Positions 1 through 10,320 are shown, counted from the stretch's first letter. The stretch: 64,000 nucleotides of DNA from Thioalkalivibrio paradoxus (GCA_011390565.1 JAABSC010000010.1:3107-67106); one strand, 5' to 3'. A program made the numbers and translations. The notes: generated by a model not told the origin, from the sequence alone.

Positions 1-403
1 CACCGACCCGGAAGTGCTGGAAACGCGCTTTCCGGTGCGGGTGGAAGACTTTGCGGTGCGGCGGGGCTCGGGCGGGCGCGGGCGATGCAACGGCGGCGAT
101 GGCGTGGTCCGGCGTCTGCGCTTCCTGGAGCCGATGGACGTCGTGATCCTGGCCAACCGGCGCCGGGTGCCGCCGTTCGGGCTGGCGGGAGGCGGTTGCG
201 GCCAACCGGGCCGGACGGTCGTGGAACGCGCCGGCGGGGCGGTCGAGGTTCTGGACGCCTGCGACCGGCGCGAGATGCTTCCCGGCGATGCACTGCTGCT
301 CGAAACCCCGGGCGGCGGCGCGTACGGATCCCCGGATGGGGACCGCCCGCACGTTGCAAACCCGGCAGGGTCGGTTCAACGCGACCCGCGCGAACTCCGG
401 TAA
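1..403 (+). CDS. Hydantoinase B / 5-oxoprolinase family protein, C-terminal part (5' truncated by window)
   Basis: Frame open from base 2: TDPEVLETRFPV..., PPFGLAGG, LETPGGGAYG, typical of the hydantoinase B/oxoprolinase C-terminus. Confidence 0.85.
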   Translation, partial: TDPEVLETRFPVRVEDFAVRRGSGGRGRCNGGDGVVRRLRFLEPMDVVILANRRRVPPFGLAGGGCGQPGRTVVERAGGAVEVLDACDRREMLPGDALLLETPGGGAYGSPDGDRPHVANPAGSVQRDPRELR

Positions 404-436
404 GGGATTCTTCGGGCGGCCTGCGCTGCTACCGCG

Positions 437-691
437 TCAGCCCTTTTCCGGCAGGACGATGTTGAGTTCGAGAATCTCGCGGTTGCCTTCGCGTTCGAGA
501 TTCATCTGTACCGCGTCGTCGCCCACCTGGACGTACTTGCGGATCACCGCGAGGATGTCCTGGTGCAGCTTGGGCAGGTAGTCGGGACCGGAGCGGTGCG
601 CCCGCTCGCGGGTGACGATCACCTGCAGGCGTTCCTTGGCGAGCGAAGCCGACTTGGGCTTGGACGAGCGGAAGAGATCGAGAAAACCCAT
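437..691 (-). CDS. minE: Cell division topological specificity factor MinE
   Basis: SASLAKERLQVIV...ILELNIVLP; directly downstream of minD. Confidence 0.97.
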   Translation of the reverse strand: MGFLDLFRSSKPKSASLAKERLQVIVTRERAHRSGPDYLPKLHQDILAVIRKYVQVGDDAVQMNLEREGNREILELNIVLPEKG

Positions 692-696
692 CGCGA

Positions 697-1506
697 TTAC
701 CCCCCGAAAAGGCGTCCGAAGAAGCCTTTTTTCTCGTTGACGAGGAAGCGGTGCGGACGATCCTCACCGAGGAAACGCGCGACCGCGTCGAGATAGGCCT
801 GACCCGCTTCGGAACCGTCTTCATGCACCACCGGCACGCCCGAGTTGGAAGCGTTCAGTACCGCCTGTGATTCCGGGATGACCCCGAGCAGGTCGATCGA
901 CAGGATTTCCTGCACGTCTTCGACGCTCAGCATCTCGCCCTTGTCGACGCGGGTCGGCGAGTAGCGCGTCAGCAGGAGTCGGGCGGGGATGGCGCCTTCT
1001 CCCTGTTCCGCCTTGCGGGTCTTGCTGGCCAGGATGCCGAGCATGCGGTCGGAATCGCGTACGCTGGAGACTTCGGGGTTGGTCACGACGATGGCCTCGT
1101 CCGCGAAGTAGGCGGCCATCAGCGCACCGCGCTCGATACCGGCCGGGCTGTCGCAGACGATGTATTCGAACTCTTCCGCGAGTTCGGTGAGCACCTTCTC
1201 GACACCCTCGGTGGTCAATGCGTCCTTGTCACGCGTCTGCGACGCGGGAAGGATGAAAAGGTTGTCGGCGCGCTTGTCCTTGATCAACGCCTGGCGCAGG
1301 TTCGCGTCGCCGTTGATCACGTTGACGAAGTCGTAGACCACGCGACGCTCGCACCCCATGATCAGGTCGAGGTTGCGCAGCCCCACGTCGAAATCGATCA
1401 CGGCTGTCTTGTGACCCTGAAGCGCAAGGCCCGTGGCAAGGGCGGCCGAGGTCGTCGTCTTGCCGACGCCCCCCTTGCCCGATGTAATTACGACAACACG
1501 TGCCAT
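697..1506 (-). CDS. minD: Septum site-determining ATPase MinD
   Basis: SGKGGVGKTT deviant Walker A, DFDVGLRNLD, C-terminal amphipathic helix KKGFFGRLFGG. Confidence 0.98.
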   Translation of the reverse strand: MARVVVITSGKGGVGKTTTSAALATGLALQGHKTAVIDFDVGLRNLDLIMGCERRVVYDFVNVINGDANLRQALIKDKRADNLFILPASQTRDKDALTTEGVEKVLTELAEEFEYIVCDSPAGIERGALMAAYFADEAIVVTNPEVSSVRDSDRMLGILASKTRKAEQGEGAIPARLLLTRYSPTRVDKGEMLSVEDVQEILSIDLLGVIPESQAVLNASNSGVPVVHEDGSEAGQAYLDAVARFLGEDRPHRFLVNEKKGFFGRLFGG

Positions 1507-1543
1507 ATCGCCTGTATCTCCTTGAAAAAGCGAAAGGGTTCGC

Positions 1544-2326
1544 CTAGATTTCAGTGATTTGAATGGTTTCGCCGGCGAGGGTCACCAGGCGGTTCTCGCC
1601 CCGCTCGCGGTCGAGGATGTCCTCGGCGATGCGGTAATGCCCGGCAATGGAAACCAGCTCCGCGTCGAGCCGGCGGCAGAAGATCCGCGCGCTCTCGAGC
1701 CCGCGCACGCCGGCCAGCGCGCGCCCGCGCAGGGTGCCGTGGATGTGAATGTGCCCGTCGGCGAGGACTTCGGCGCCCGCCGACACCGCGCCCAGCACGA
1801 TCAGGTCGCCGCCACGGGCGTAAATCTGTTGCCCCGAGCGCACCGGCTGTTCGACGATGCGGGTGGCGGTGTGTACCGCCGGTACGGCCTCCCGGGGCTT
1901 TTCGGGTTCCGGTGCCGGTTGCGCCGGGCGGGGGCGGGGCGCCGCTTCGGCTCCGCCTTTGCCGCCGAGCACCAGGGTCGGCAGACCGCTGGCCTCGGCC
2001 ACCATGTCCAGTACCGCATTTCCCTTGTGCAGGCCCATGACCTTGAACCCGTGGCCGCGAATACGCTCGAGTGCCACCATGAGGTCGGCGGCGGGCAACG
2101 ATGCAACGGCGTCGAAATCGACGATCAACGGCATGTCCTGCATCAGATCCGGGGCCTCGGCCATCCGCGCCGTGAGGGCTTCCCCCAGCGCGGATGGGTC
2201 GGCCGAATTCACGCGCAGGATGGAGACGAGCATCATGCGGCCCTTGAATTCGATGGCCTGCAGGGCTCCGGACGGGGCGTTCACCGCATCACGCGGCATG
2301 GCTGGGGAGGCACCGATGGCTGTCAC
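1544..2326 (-). CDS. minC: Septum site-determining protein MinC (alternative ATG start at 2299)
   Basis: [43 protein letters not shown]; upstream of minD. Confidence 0.95.
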   Translation of the reverse strand: MTAIGASPAMPRDAVNAPSGALQAIEFKGRMMLVSILRVNSADPSALGEALTARMAEAPDLMQDMPLIVDFDAVASLPAADLMVALERIRGHGFKVMGLHKGNAVLDMVAEASGLPTLVLGGKGGAEAAPRPRPAQPAPEPEKPREAVPAVHTATRIVEQPVRSGQQIYARGGDLIVLGAVSAGAEVLADGHIHIHGTLRGRALAGVRGLESARIFCRRLDAELVSIAGHYRIAEDILDRERGENRLVTLAGETIQITEI

Positions 2327-2502
2327 CGTTCAGGGCTGGGGTTGCGGAAAGCTTCGGGGCGAGCGCGGATTGGGGCGTCAAGGCGTCACCTCGATCCTGT
2401 TCCACTGGCGCGGTCGCGCATGGGCGTTCGGGAACTGCTGATCTCGAGTCGCATGCGCGCATTGTAGCGCCTCGCGCGAGCGAGTGAAGTGGAGGATGTC
2501 GG

Positions 2503-3267
2503 TCAGCGCCGGGGCGGACCAGGGATCAGCGTGTTGGTGCGCGCGGCGTATTCCCGATAGCCCGGGCGCGATTCGCTCATGTGGCGATCCAGCAGCGTGA
2601 CCCCGGAAACCCGAAGGATCAGGAAAATCATCAGCGCGACACTGGGCAAAGCCCACCAGCCCCCGAAGGCGAGGCCGATCAACCCGTAGCCGATCCAGAG
2701 CACGATTTCGCCAAAATAGTTCGGGTGGCGGCTGTACCGCCAGAGGCCGCGGTCCATCACCTGCCCGCGATGGGCCGGGTCCGCCTTGAACCGCGCAAGC
2801 TGCCAGTCGCCGATGCTTTCGTAGAGGAAGCCGAACAGCCAGACCGCCCAACCCAGCCAGACCAGCGCCCAGATCGGTTCGCCGCCGCGCACGCTCGCGA
2901 ACATCGGCAGGGCAATCACGCCGACCAGGGCTCCCTGCAGCCAGAAAATGGTGACCAGGCTGCGCACGGCGAAGGCGAAGTCGGAACGGTCCTCGCGCAT
3001 GGCGGTGTAACGGGCGTCTTCGCCGTGACCCCAGTTGCGCCAGGTGATGTGTGCCGACAGGCGCAGGCCCCAGAGAAGCACCGGTATCAGCATGACCCAG
3101 GCGACGGCCGGCATGCCCGAGAGCCACCACCAGGCCAGCGCGATGACGATGAAACCGATGCCCCAGAAGCGGTCGACGAGGCTCGCGTCCCGAAGCGGCA
3201 CGCTGAAACTCCAGACCAGGCTCATCAGCGCGATCGCGGCAAGGAATCCCAACAGGTATACGGTCAT
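2503..3267 (-). CDS. DUF1295 family membrane protein (steroid 5-alpha-reductase-like)
   Basis: Hydrophobic; GEDARY, GLWRYSRHPNYFGE. Confidence 0.9.
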   Translation of the reverse strand: MTVYLLGFLAAIALMSLVWSFSVPLRDASLVDRFWGIGFIVIALAWWWLSGMPAVAWVMLIPVLLWGLRLSAHITWRNWGHGEDARYTAMREDRSDFAFAVRSLVTIFWLQGALVGVIALPMFASVRGGEPIWALVWLGWAVWLFGFLYESIGDWQLARFKADPAHRGQVMDRGLWRYSRHPNYFGEIVLWIGYGLIGLAFGGWWALPSVALMIFLILRVSGVTLLDRHMSESRPGYREYAARTNTLIPGPPRR

Positions 3268-3291
3268 GGCGCGGTCCTCGATCCTTGGAGC

Positions 3292-4350
3292 CTAATGTGA
3301 AGCCTGGGGGTTGCCGACGGCCATGGGTCGCTCGAACAGGACGTGGGATACGAACCACTCGTTGCCATCGTTGAAGCCGAAGAGTTCGGCGCAGGCCATG
3401 TAGAACATGCGCCAGCGCTGGAACCAGAGCCCGGCGTCGGCGCCATAGGTCTGTTCGAACAGGCGCAGGATGGGTTCGCGGGCGGCGTCCTGGCGTTTCA
3501 GCCATTCGTTGCAGGTGCGCTCGTAGTGACGACCGTTCACCCGCCACTGCCGCAGCACCCGCAGGTCGCGCTGAAAGTGCCGGGCGAGATCATCGGCGGG
3601 CATCAGGCCGTCGCGGAAGAAATACCGGCCCATCCAGTTGTCCGCGCCTTCGCTTTCGAAAAAGTAGGCCTGGTCACGGTGGCAGAACACGTGGATGAAC
3701 AGGCGGCCGCCCGGCACGAGCCAGGAGGACGCGCGCCGCAGGAGTTCTTCCCAGTTGCGCATGTGCTCGAACATCTCGATCGAAACCATGCGGTCGAACC
3801 CTGGCGACTCGGGCGCGAAGTCGTTCATGTCGGTGGTTACGATGCGCAGGTTGGCGAGGCCGCGCTCGTCCCGTCGCTGCTCGATGAACGCGCGCTGCGA
3901 GTGCGAGTTGGAGACCGAGACGATCTCGCTGTTGGGGTAGTGCTCGGCCATCCACAGGGACAGTGAACCCCAGCCGCAGCCAAGCTCGAGGATGCGCTGG
4001 CCGTCCGCGAGGCCGGCTCGGGTGCACGTGAGTTCCAGCATGCGCGCTTCCGCGGTGTCGAGATCGTCGACATCCGGATCCCACTGGCAGCAGGAATACT
4101 TGAGATGAGCGCCGAGGCACTGGTGGAAATACGCCGCCGGCACCTCGTAGTGCTGTTCGTTGGCGACGTCGGTGGACAAGGCGACCGGAGCCGAGCGCAT
4201 GGCTTCGACCAGTGCCTCGCGACGTTCCCATTGGGATTCGACATTGCCGCGCGTGTCGCGCAGGCGCTTCCGGAGCAGTTGCCGGATGCCGAACCGGAGC
4301 AGCGGATCGGGAACGCGCCCACGTTCCGCCCAGTCGATCAGTGTCTGCAT
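3292..4350 (-). CDS. SAM-dependent methyltransferase, cyclopropane-fatty-acyl synthase-like family
   Basis: ANEQHYEVP, LKYSCC, ILELGCGWGS, SIEMFEHMRN; start chosen at MQTLIDWAE (ATG 4350) rather than the ORF-track start. Confidence 0.9.
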   Translation of the reverse strand: MQTLIDWAERGRVPDPLLRFGIRQLLRKRLRDTRGNVESQWERREALVEAMRSAPVALSTDVANEQHYEVPAAYFHQCLGAHLKYSCCQWDPDVDDLDTAEARMLELTCTRAGLADGQRILELGCGWGSLSLWMAEHYPNSEIVSVSNSHSQRAFIEQRRDERGLANLRIVTTDMNDFAPESPGFDRMVSIEMFEHMRNWEELLRRASSWLVPGGRLFIHVFCHRDQAYFFESEGADNWMGRYFFRDGLMPADDLARHFQRDLRVLRQWRVNGRHYERTCNEWLKRQDAAREPILRLFEQTYGADAGLWFQRWRMFYMACAELFGFNDGNEWFVSHVLFERPMAVGNPQASH

Positions 4351-4519
4351 GTGTCCCCCTTTCGCAACCCTCATTGACCGGGTGGAAGCCGATCGGTTCC
4401 GGGCGCAGGGTTCGTCGCCGCCGCGTGGTGGACATCTCGACGACCTTCTTCCAGTGGATCGATGGAATTTCGTTTCGTTTCGACGGTCGCAGCTACATTC
4501 CTCCTGCGACGGTGACACC

Positions 4520-5053
4520 ATGCCACGAAACCCATTGCGCACGATCGCCCTGGCCTCGCTGTTTTCGATGGCGGTGGCGGGCTGCAGCAGCCATCCGCCA
4601 ATGCCGACGGTCGATTATGTCGATCTCGAGCGCTTCATGGGGGACTGGTACGTCATCGGCAACATCCCCACGTTCATCGAGCGGGGCGCGCACAACGCGG
4701 TGGAGAGCTACAGCCTGAATGCGGACGGCACCGTGTCGACGGTGTTCACCTTCCGCAAGGATGCCTTCGACGGTCCGGAGAAGCGCTACACCCCACGCGG
4801 ATTCGTGCGCAGCGAGGACAACGCCGAGTGGGGGATGCGCTTCGTGTGGCCCTTCAAGGCCGAGTTCCTGGTCATCTATCTGGACGAGGACTACAACCAG
4901 ACGGTGATCGGGCGGAGCAAGCGCGACTACGTGTGGATCATGGCGCGCGAGCCGGAGATCCCCGAAGAGGACTACCAGAAGATTCTCGCGTTCCTGGCCG
5001 AGCGCGGCTACGACACCGAACGCATCGAACGCGTGCCGCAGCGCTGGGAATGA
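4520..5053 (+). CDS. blc: Outer-membrane lipocalin lipoprotein (Blc-like)
   Basis: Lipobox-like signal MAVAGC; VDLERFMGDWYVI (GxW), IGRSKRDYVWIMAR. Confidence 0.88.
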   Translation: MPRNPLRTIALASLFSMAVAGCSSHPPMPTVDYVDLERFMGDWYVIGNIPTFIERGAHNAVESYSLNADGTVSTVFTFRKDAFDGPEKRYTPRGFVRSEDNAEWGMRFVWPFKAEFLVIYLDEDYNQTVIGRSKRDYVWIMAREPEIPEEDYQKILAFLAERGYDTERIERVPQRWE

Positions 5054-5063
5054 CGCTCACGCC

Positions 5064-5753
5064 TCAGCGGCGCAGGAAGCGCAGCCAGGCCCAGATGTTG
5101 AGCAGGCTCATCAGCGACTGCGCGACATAGGTGTAGGCCGCGGCCTTCAGAATGCGGTGCGCGTGCCGGTAATCGGTTTCGTACAGGTAGCCGCCGTCGC
5201 GCAGGATGGGCAGGGCACGGCCGAAGCTGGCATCGAGTTCCGTCGGCAGCGTGACGAAGTGCACGATCGCGGCCAATCCCATCGACAACAATCCCGCAAG
5301 CAGGAACATCATCCCCGGGGCGGGGTGGCGGGTGATGATGGTGATCACCGGGATCGCCAGCATCATGAACGCGCCGAGACGCTGACCCCCGGAGGCCCAG
5401 CGCACCAGTTCGCCGCGCAGGCGCAGGGGCGTGTAGCCCTCCGCATGCTGGATGGCATGTCCCACTTCGTGCGCGGCTACAGTGATCGCGGTCAGCGAAC
5501 AGCTGTTGTAATTGCCTTCCGAGAGGCGTACGGCCCGGGCTTCGGGGTCGTAGTGATCGCCCTGCTCGGTGGCCTCCACGGCGACGTCGCGCAACCCGCG
5601 CTCGTTCAGCAGGTGTCGGGCAAGTTCTCCGCCGGTGCCCTGGTAGCGGTCGGCCGGCTGGCTGTATTTCTGCATCGTCCGGCGCACCCACCAGCCCGGG
5701 CCATACGTGACCAGGAAGATGAGCGGAATCAGCAGGATGAGCAGGCGTGCCAT
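5064..5753 (-). CDS. Putative neutral zinc metallopeptidase (YugP-like, membrane)
   Basis: GDHYDP, AAHEVGHAIQH (HExxH), VTLPTELDAS, AAAYTYVA. Confidence 0.88.
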   Translation of the reverse strand: MARLLILLIPLIFLVTYGPGWWVRRTMQKYSQPADRYQGTGGELARHLLNERGLRDVAVEATEQGDHYDPEARAVRLSEGNYNSCSLTAITVAAHEVGHAIQHAEGYTPLRLRGELVRWASGGQRLGAFMMLAIPVITIITRHPAPGMMFLLAGLLSMGLAAIVHFVTLPTELDASFGRALPILRDGGYLYETDYRHAHRILKAAAYTYVAQSLMSLLNIWAWLRFLRR

Positions 5754-5821
5754 CGCGCTACTGTACGGCCTCGGTCCGTCGCCTGCCGTTTTCCACCCGA
5801 ATCCCGCGTGATGTCCGGCGC

Positions 5822-8122
5822 TCAGGTTTCATCGGCCGCGTCGGGATCATGCATGTTCCGGGTCTTCAGCGGCGGTTCGGGTGTTGTGTGTGCCGTCCCG
5901 GGCGCGGGTGCGGGCGCCGGCCCGGGCCCGGCCGTCGACTGCAGCAACTGGACATGCGCGGGCGGCGCATCGCCCTTCTTGTCCTCGCCGAAGTACAGGG
6001 TCATGTGCGGGAAGGGGATCTCGATGCCGGCTGCGTCGAAGTGACGTTTCACCAGCCGGTTGTAGGCGCGCCCGATGCCCCATTGCGCGCCGGGCAGCGT
6101 CTTGATGCGCACACGCACGTTCACGGAGCTGTCCGCGAGTGCGGTGACCCCGTGCACTTCGAGATCGCCGACGATGTTCGGACCGTGATCCGGATGCGAG
6201 CGCAGTTCCTCGAAGGCCTCGGACAGGCGCTGGACGACTTCGTCGGTGTCCTCCCGGTAAGCCACGCCATATTCGGCCAGGTGGTAGCTGAAATCGCGGG
6301 TGAAGTTGGAGACCGTGGTCACGGACGAGAACGGGATGACATGGAAGGTGCCCGAGAGGTCGCGCAACCCCAGTGAGCGGATCGTCAACTTCTCGACCGT
6401 GCCGGTGACCCCGGCCACCTGAACGACTTCGCCTGTGTTGATGGCGTTTTCGAACTGGATGAAAACCCCCGTGATGATGTCCTGGACCAGCGTCTGCGCG
6501 CCGAAGCCGATCGCCAGGCCCAGCACGCCGGCACCCGCCAGCAACGGCCCGATATTGATGCCGATCTCGGCCAGCACGATCATCGCGGCCATCACCGTGA
6601 GTGCGATCGCCAGGGCATTGCGGAAGATCGTGAGCAGGGTGGTTGCGCGCGCGCTCGGCGCGACGCGACCGCTCCGGGGAGTGAGCCGGTGTTCGATCCA
6701 GCTGGCCGCGACCAGCCAGAACAGTAACGTGATCCCGAGAATCATCGCGACGGACAGCGTTTTTGTCAGCAGAGCCGAGCCGTGGTCGGATTGCAGCCAG
6801 CCGCCCAGATTGAACAGACCCCAGGCATCGGCGATCACCGCCAGTACGAGCACCAGGATGACCGCCCGCATCACCTTCAGCGCGGTGGGAATGTAGGCGT
6901 TCAGCCGTTCCTCGAGCTTCGGAAAATTCTCCCGTGTTTCCGCGGGCAGGCGGATGCGCCGGCTGATGAACTGCGTGAGCACGGCCGCGACAAAGAACCC
7001 GACGAGAATCGCCGCCAGGCTCTGCCCGGTGGCGATGGCCATGAACGGCAGCGCGTCTTCCGGCCGGGTGACGCTGACCAAAGCCAACGCGCCGAAGTAG
7101 AGCAGGGCCAGCCAGTGCCAGGTGCGCGCGAGGATCGAGACACTGAAGCGCATGAAAGACAGCGAACTCTGGTCTCCGTAGGCCTGGATCCGCTGGCACA
7201 CCCGCGCGCGGTTCTGCAGGATGATGGCGACCGCGTAACTGAAGGCGACCAGCATCACCAGCAAACCCAGTGTACGGCCGGCTGCGGGGGAGATCTCGGT
7301 TTTGACGATGGGTGTCGCCAGCAGCAGGCCGTAGCCGATGAAACCCACCAGTCGGCTGATCCAGGCGTTCCAGTACGCCGCTTCTTCACCTGCCATGGGC
7401 AGCACGCGCAGGCCCGTGTAGCGGCTCGCGAACAGGATCCGCACCAATGCCTTGGTGACTTCGATCATCAGGAACGCGTTCAGGAACAGGGCATGGCGGG
7501 TCAGCATCGTGCCGGTGTCGCCGAACGCGAACAGCGCAAGGGCGTATCCCGCAAGCCAGGCCAGCACCACCACCAGCAGGTCCGCGGCGGCCGCCAGCAG
7601 AATCGCGGGAACGGTGCGGAGCAGGGCAAGACCGCGTTGGGATTTCAGCACCCAGCCGTCGAGTACGGCGAACACGGGTCGCGCCAGCCGGCGCAGCAGC
7701 AGGAAGAGCCCGACGGTCACGACGATCAGAATGAGGAGATCGAGGGCGGCGAGACCGGCGACGTTCCAGTCGGCGGACCGCAGGGCTGCCATCACGTCCT
7801 GCCCGATCGCCTGCAACTCCTGCAGTTCGGCCACGAAGCCTTCGGCGATCTCCTGGGTGAGTTGGGCAATACGGTTTGGAAGCGACGGAACAGGCGGCTC
7901 GGCGGACTCGGCCGTGGCATCCTCGGCCGAGGCGGCGCGCAGCGCTTCGAGCAGTCGGGCCCGGCTCTCGGGATCTTCCAGTGCGGAAATCAGGGCCTGT
8001 ACGGTGTCGGTTTCCTGTGCCTGGACCGTGGCCGCCATCGCGGTGGAGCAGGCGATCAGCAGGATCCAGGCGAGTGCGTGCCGGAGCAAGGGCACCCATC
8101 CCGGGTGCGGCTGTCGGGACAT
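5822..8122 (-). CDS. Large MscS-family mechanosensitive channel (YbiO-like)
   Basis: Signal peptide, many TM helices, GAGVLGLAIGFGAQTLVQD, GTVEKLTIRS, GIEIPFP; start 8122 or 8134. Confidence 0.9.
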   Translation of the reverse strand: MSRQPHPGWVPLLRHALAWILLIACSTAMAATVQAQETDTVQALISALEDPESRARLLEALRAASAEDATAESAEPPVPSLPNRIAQLTQEIAEGFVAELQELQAIGQDVMAALRSADWNVAGLAALDLLILIVVTVGLFLLLRRLARPVFAVLDGWVLKSQRGLALLRTVPAILLAAAADLLVVVLAWLAGYALALFAFGDTGTMLTRHALFLNAFLMIEVTKALVRILFASRYTGLRVLPMAGEEAAYWNAWISRLVGFIGYGLLLATPIVKTEISPAAGRTLGLLVMLVAFSYAVAIILQNRARVCQRIQAYGDQSSLSFMRFSVSILARTWHWLALLYFGALALVSVTRPEDALPFMAIATGQSLAAILVGFFVAAVLTQFISRRIRLPAETRENFPKLEERLNAYIPTALKVMRAVILVLVLAVIADAWGLFNLGGWLQSDHGSALLTKTLSVAMILGITLLFWLVAASWIEHRLTPRSGRVAPSARATTLLTIFRNALAIALTVMAAMIVLAEIGINIGPLLAGAGVLGLAIGFGAQTLVQDIITGVFIQFENAINTGEVVQVAGVTGTVEKLTIRSLGLRDLSGTFHVIPFSSVTTVSNFTRDFSYHLAEYGVAYREDTDEVVQRLSEAFEELRSHPDHGPNIVGDLEVHGVTALADSSVNVRVRIKTLPGAQWGIGRAYNRLVKRHFDAAGIEIPFPHMTLYFGEDKKGDAPPAHVQLLQSTAGPGPAPAPAPGTAHTTPEPPLKTRNMHDPDAADET

Positions 8123-8195
8123 GTCGTTCTCCATCGATTCGCGGCATTCAGGGTTCGGCGCGCTGTGAAGAGCCCGGCCGACCCGCACGACCAGT

Positions 8196-8984
8196 CTAGC
8201 GGCTCGCTGGCTGGGCTGACCACCCGGGCTCTTTCCGCGCGGGCAGCTCGAGCGGATCCAGCCAGCCCTCACCGAGCTGCGCCATCTGCTGCTCGATCCA
8301 CCGGGCACGCCCCCGAACGGTTTCCGAGGGGCGGGTCGGGGAATACCCGAGCGGGTTCGGCAACACGGCCGCGAGCAGAGCCGCCTGTTCACGGCTCAGT
8401 TGTCGGGCCGGTATGCCGAAATGGGAACGCGAAGCGGCTTCGATGCCGAAGATGCCGGGGCCCCACTCGGCAATATTGAGGTAGACCTCAAGGATGCGAT
8501 GTTTCGGCCAGAGGGTCTCGATCGCCACAGTGAATCCCGCCTCCAATGATTTTCGGAACAGGCTGCGCCCGTGCCAGAGAAACACGTTCTTCGCGGTCTG
8601 CTGGGTGATCGTGCTGGCGCCGCGCAGACGTTCGCCGCGCCGATGCGCGTCGACCGCCTGGCGGATGGAGCGCCAGTCGAAACCCCGGTGCAATGGAAAC
8701 TGCTGATCCTCGGCGGCGATCACGGCCAGGAGTATGTGGGGTGGCAAGGCGTCGATCGGTTGCCAGAACCGGTACAGGGACGATCCGAGCGGGCCCGAGG
8801 CATTGCTCAGCATGTACATCGAATACGGCGGGTTCACCCAGCGCAGGAGCAGCACGAGAAGGAGCAGGAACGCCAGGGCGAGCGCCAGGGCCGACAGGAG
8901 ACGACCGGCCCATCGCCGCACGCGGGAAGGACCTTGCCTGCGTCGGGCCGACCGGGCGCGCTTCCGGGAACGTGGGCGTCTCAT
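8196..8984 (-). CDS. mtgA: Monofunctional biosynthetic peptidoglycan transglycosylase
   Basis: [44 protein letters not shown]. Confidence 0.95.
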   Translation of the reverse strand: MRRPRSRKRARSARRRQGPSRVRRWAGRLLSALALALAFLLLLVLLLRWVNPPYSMYMLSNASGPLGSSLYRFWQPIDALPPHILLAVIAAEDQQFPLHRGFDWRSIRQAVDAHRRGERLRGASTITQQTAKNVFLWHGRSLFRKSLEAGFTVAIETLWPKHRILEVYLNIAEWGPGIFGIEAASRSHFGIPARQLSREQAALLAAVLPNPLGYSPTRPSETVRGRARWIEQQMAQLGEGWLDPLELPARKEPGWSAQPASR

Positions 8985-9095
8985 CGTTTCATTCTGCCAG
9001 AGTCAACGAGGGGGCCATGCCCGAAATGGCAGCCGGGCTGAACTAACATGCCCAAGACGGGCCGAAAAGGATTATTCAGCGGGGGTGCGAGCGCG

Positions 9096-9851
9096 ATGTC
9101 CGAACCGGAAGGGATTCAGGCGCCAAGTGTCGATCCAGACGAGGTGGCGCGCTACCAGCGGCTGGCCGCGGCCTGGTGGGATGAAGCGGGGCCGTTCTGG
9201 CCATTGCACGTACTGAATCGGGTACGCACCGACTGGATCGTGCGGCAGCTGGCACGTGAACTCGGGCGCGATCCGGACGCGCCGAAACCGCTGGAAGGTC
9301 TGCGGGTGCTGGATATCGGCTGCGGGGGCGGGATTCTGTCGGAGAGCATCGCGCGGCACGGCGCCCACGTGCTCGGAATCGACGTTACGCCACGCAACAT
9401 CACGATCGCGCAAGACCATGCGGCCGGGCAGGCGCTGGACGTAAGCTATCGGCAGGTGGCGCTCGAGGATCTCGACGAGATGCCCTTTGACGTGGTCCTG
9501 AACATGGAGGTCATCGAGCACGTGGTGGATGCGCAGGCCTTCCTGCAGCGCAGCCTGGGCATGGCGCGCCCCGGCGGGTTCGTGGTGCTGGCGACGCTGA
9601 ACCGGACGCTGGCTTCGTTCGTGGCCGGGATCGTTGGCGCGGAGTACATCTTCCGGCTGCTGCCGCGCGGAACCCATCAGTGGCGACGTTTCGTGCGTCC
9701 GTCGGAACTCGTCCGGCCGCTGGAGGCTGCCGGCGGTCGAATCGTCGCGCGCTCCGGGGTCGCGGTGAATCCTCTGACCCGCCGCATGCGCCTGAGCCGA
9801 TACGAGGGCATCAATTACATGCTGATGGCCCGGATGCCCGAGGCCGTCTGA
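9096..9851 (+). CDS. ubiG: Ubiquinone biosynthesis O-methyltransferase UbiG
   Basis: WWDEAGPFWPLH, VLDIGCGGGILSE, EVIEHV, GTHQW; start at ATG 9096. Confidence 0.88.
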   Translation: MSEPEGIQAPSVDPDEVARYQRLAAAWWDEAGPFWPLHVLNRVRTDWIVRQLARELGRDPDAPKPLEGLRVLDIGCGGGILSESIARHGAHVLGIDVTPRNITIAQDHAAGQALDVSYRQVALEDLDEMPFDVVLNMEVIEHVVDAQAFLQRSLGMARPGGFVVLATLNRTLASFVAGIVGAEYIFRLLPRGTHQWRRFVRPSELVRPLEAAGGRIVARSGVAVNPLTRRMRLSRYEGINYMLMARMPEAV

Positions 9852-9883
9852 AATCCTTCATCCGTTATCCACGGGGATAGAAC

Positions 9884-10210
9884 ATGAATCATCTGCCGTA
9901 CCGCTACCAGTCTCCCACCGGCGACGCCATCTCCTTCGATTTTCCGCTGCACGACCAGACGGGCTCGGCGACACGGGTGCATCAGTTGCTGGATCGCATC
10001 CTGCACGTGCTGAACCATGAGGTCGGTCTGCTCGGCGATACCCAGAACGGAGACCTGCTGCAGGCATTGGCGATGGCGCTGGCGGTACGCACGGAATTGA
10101 TTCCCGCCGATCCCGAACTCACTCATCGCCTGGCGCGGGACCTCACCAACCAGGCACTGAGTGCGCTGCCCGAGGCCCGTCACGAGCGGGTGCAGGTCGG
10201 CCACGCCTGA
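9884..10210 (+). CDS. Hypothetical protein (108 aa)
   Basis: ATG 32 nt after the ubiG stop, normal codon usage, no recognised family. Confidence 0.7.
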   Translation: MNHLPYRYQSPTGDAISFDFPLHDQTGSATRVHQLLDRILHVLNHEVGLLGDTQNGDLLQALAMALAVRTELIPADPELTHRLARDLTNQALSALPEARHERVQVGHA

Positions 10211-10240
10211 GACGCCGAGACGGTCAGCCGGAAAATTAAG

Positions 10241-10320
10241 GCACGGAAGAACACGGAAACAGAATTTTATTCAATGTCTTGTCCGCGTTCTTCCGTGTTC
10301 TTCCGTGGCTCGTGTTTTTT
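10241..10320. repeat. CACGGAA-type palindromic intergenic element, copy 1
   Basis: Perfect 17-bp inverted repeat CACGGAAGAACACGGAA (10242-10258 / 10291-10307); its spacer closely matches the copy at 46910. Confidence 0.9.

Noticed and set aside
8352-8366. 15-bp match CGGGTTCGGCAACAC also at 56402-56416
   Set aside because: One copy lies inside the mtgA coding sequence, and the match has no flanking similarity or structure; treated as chance
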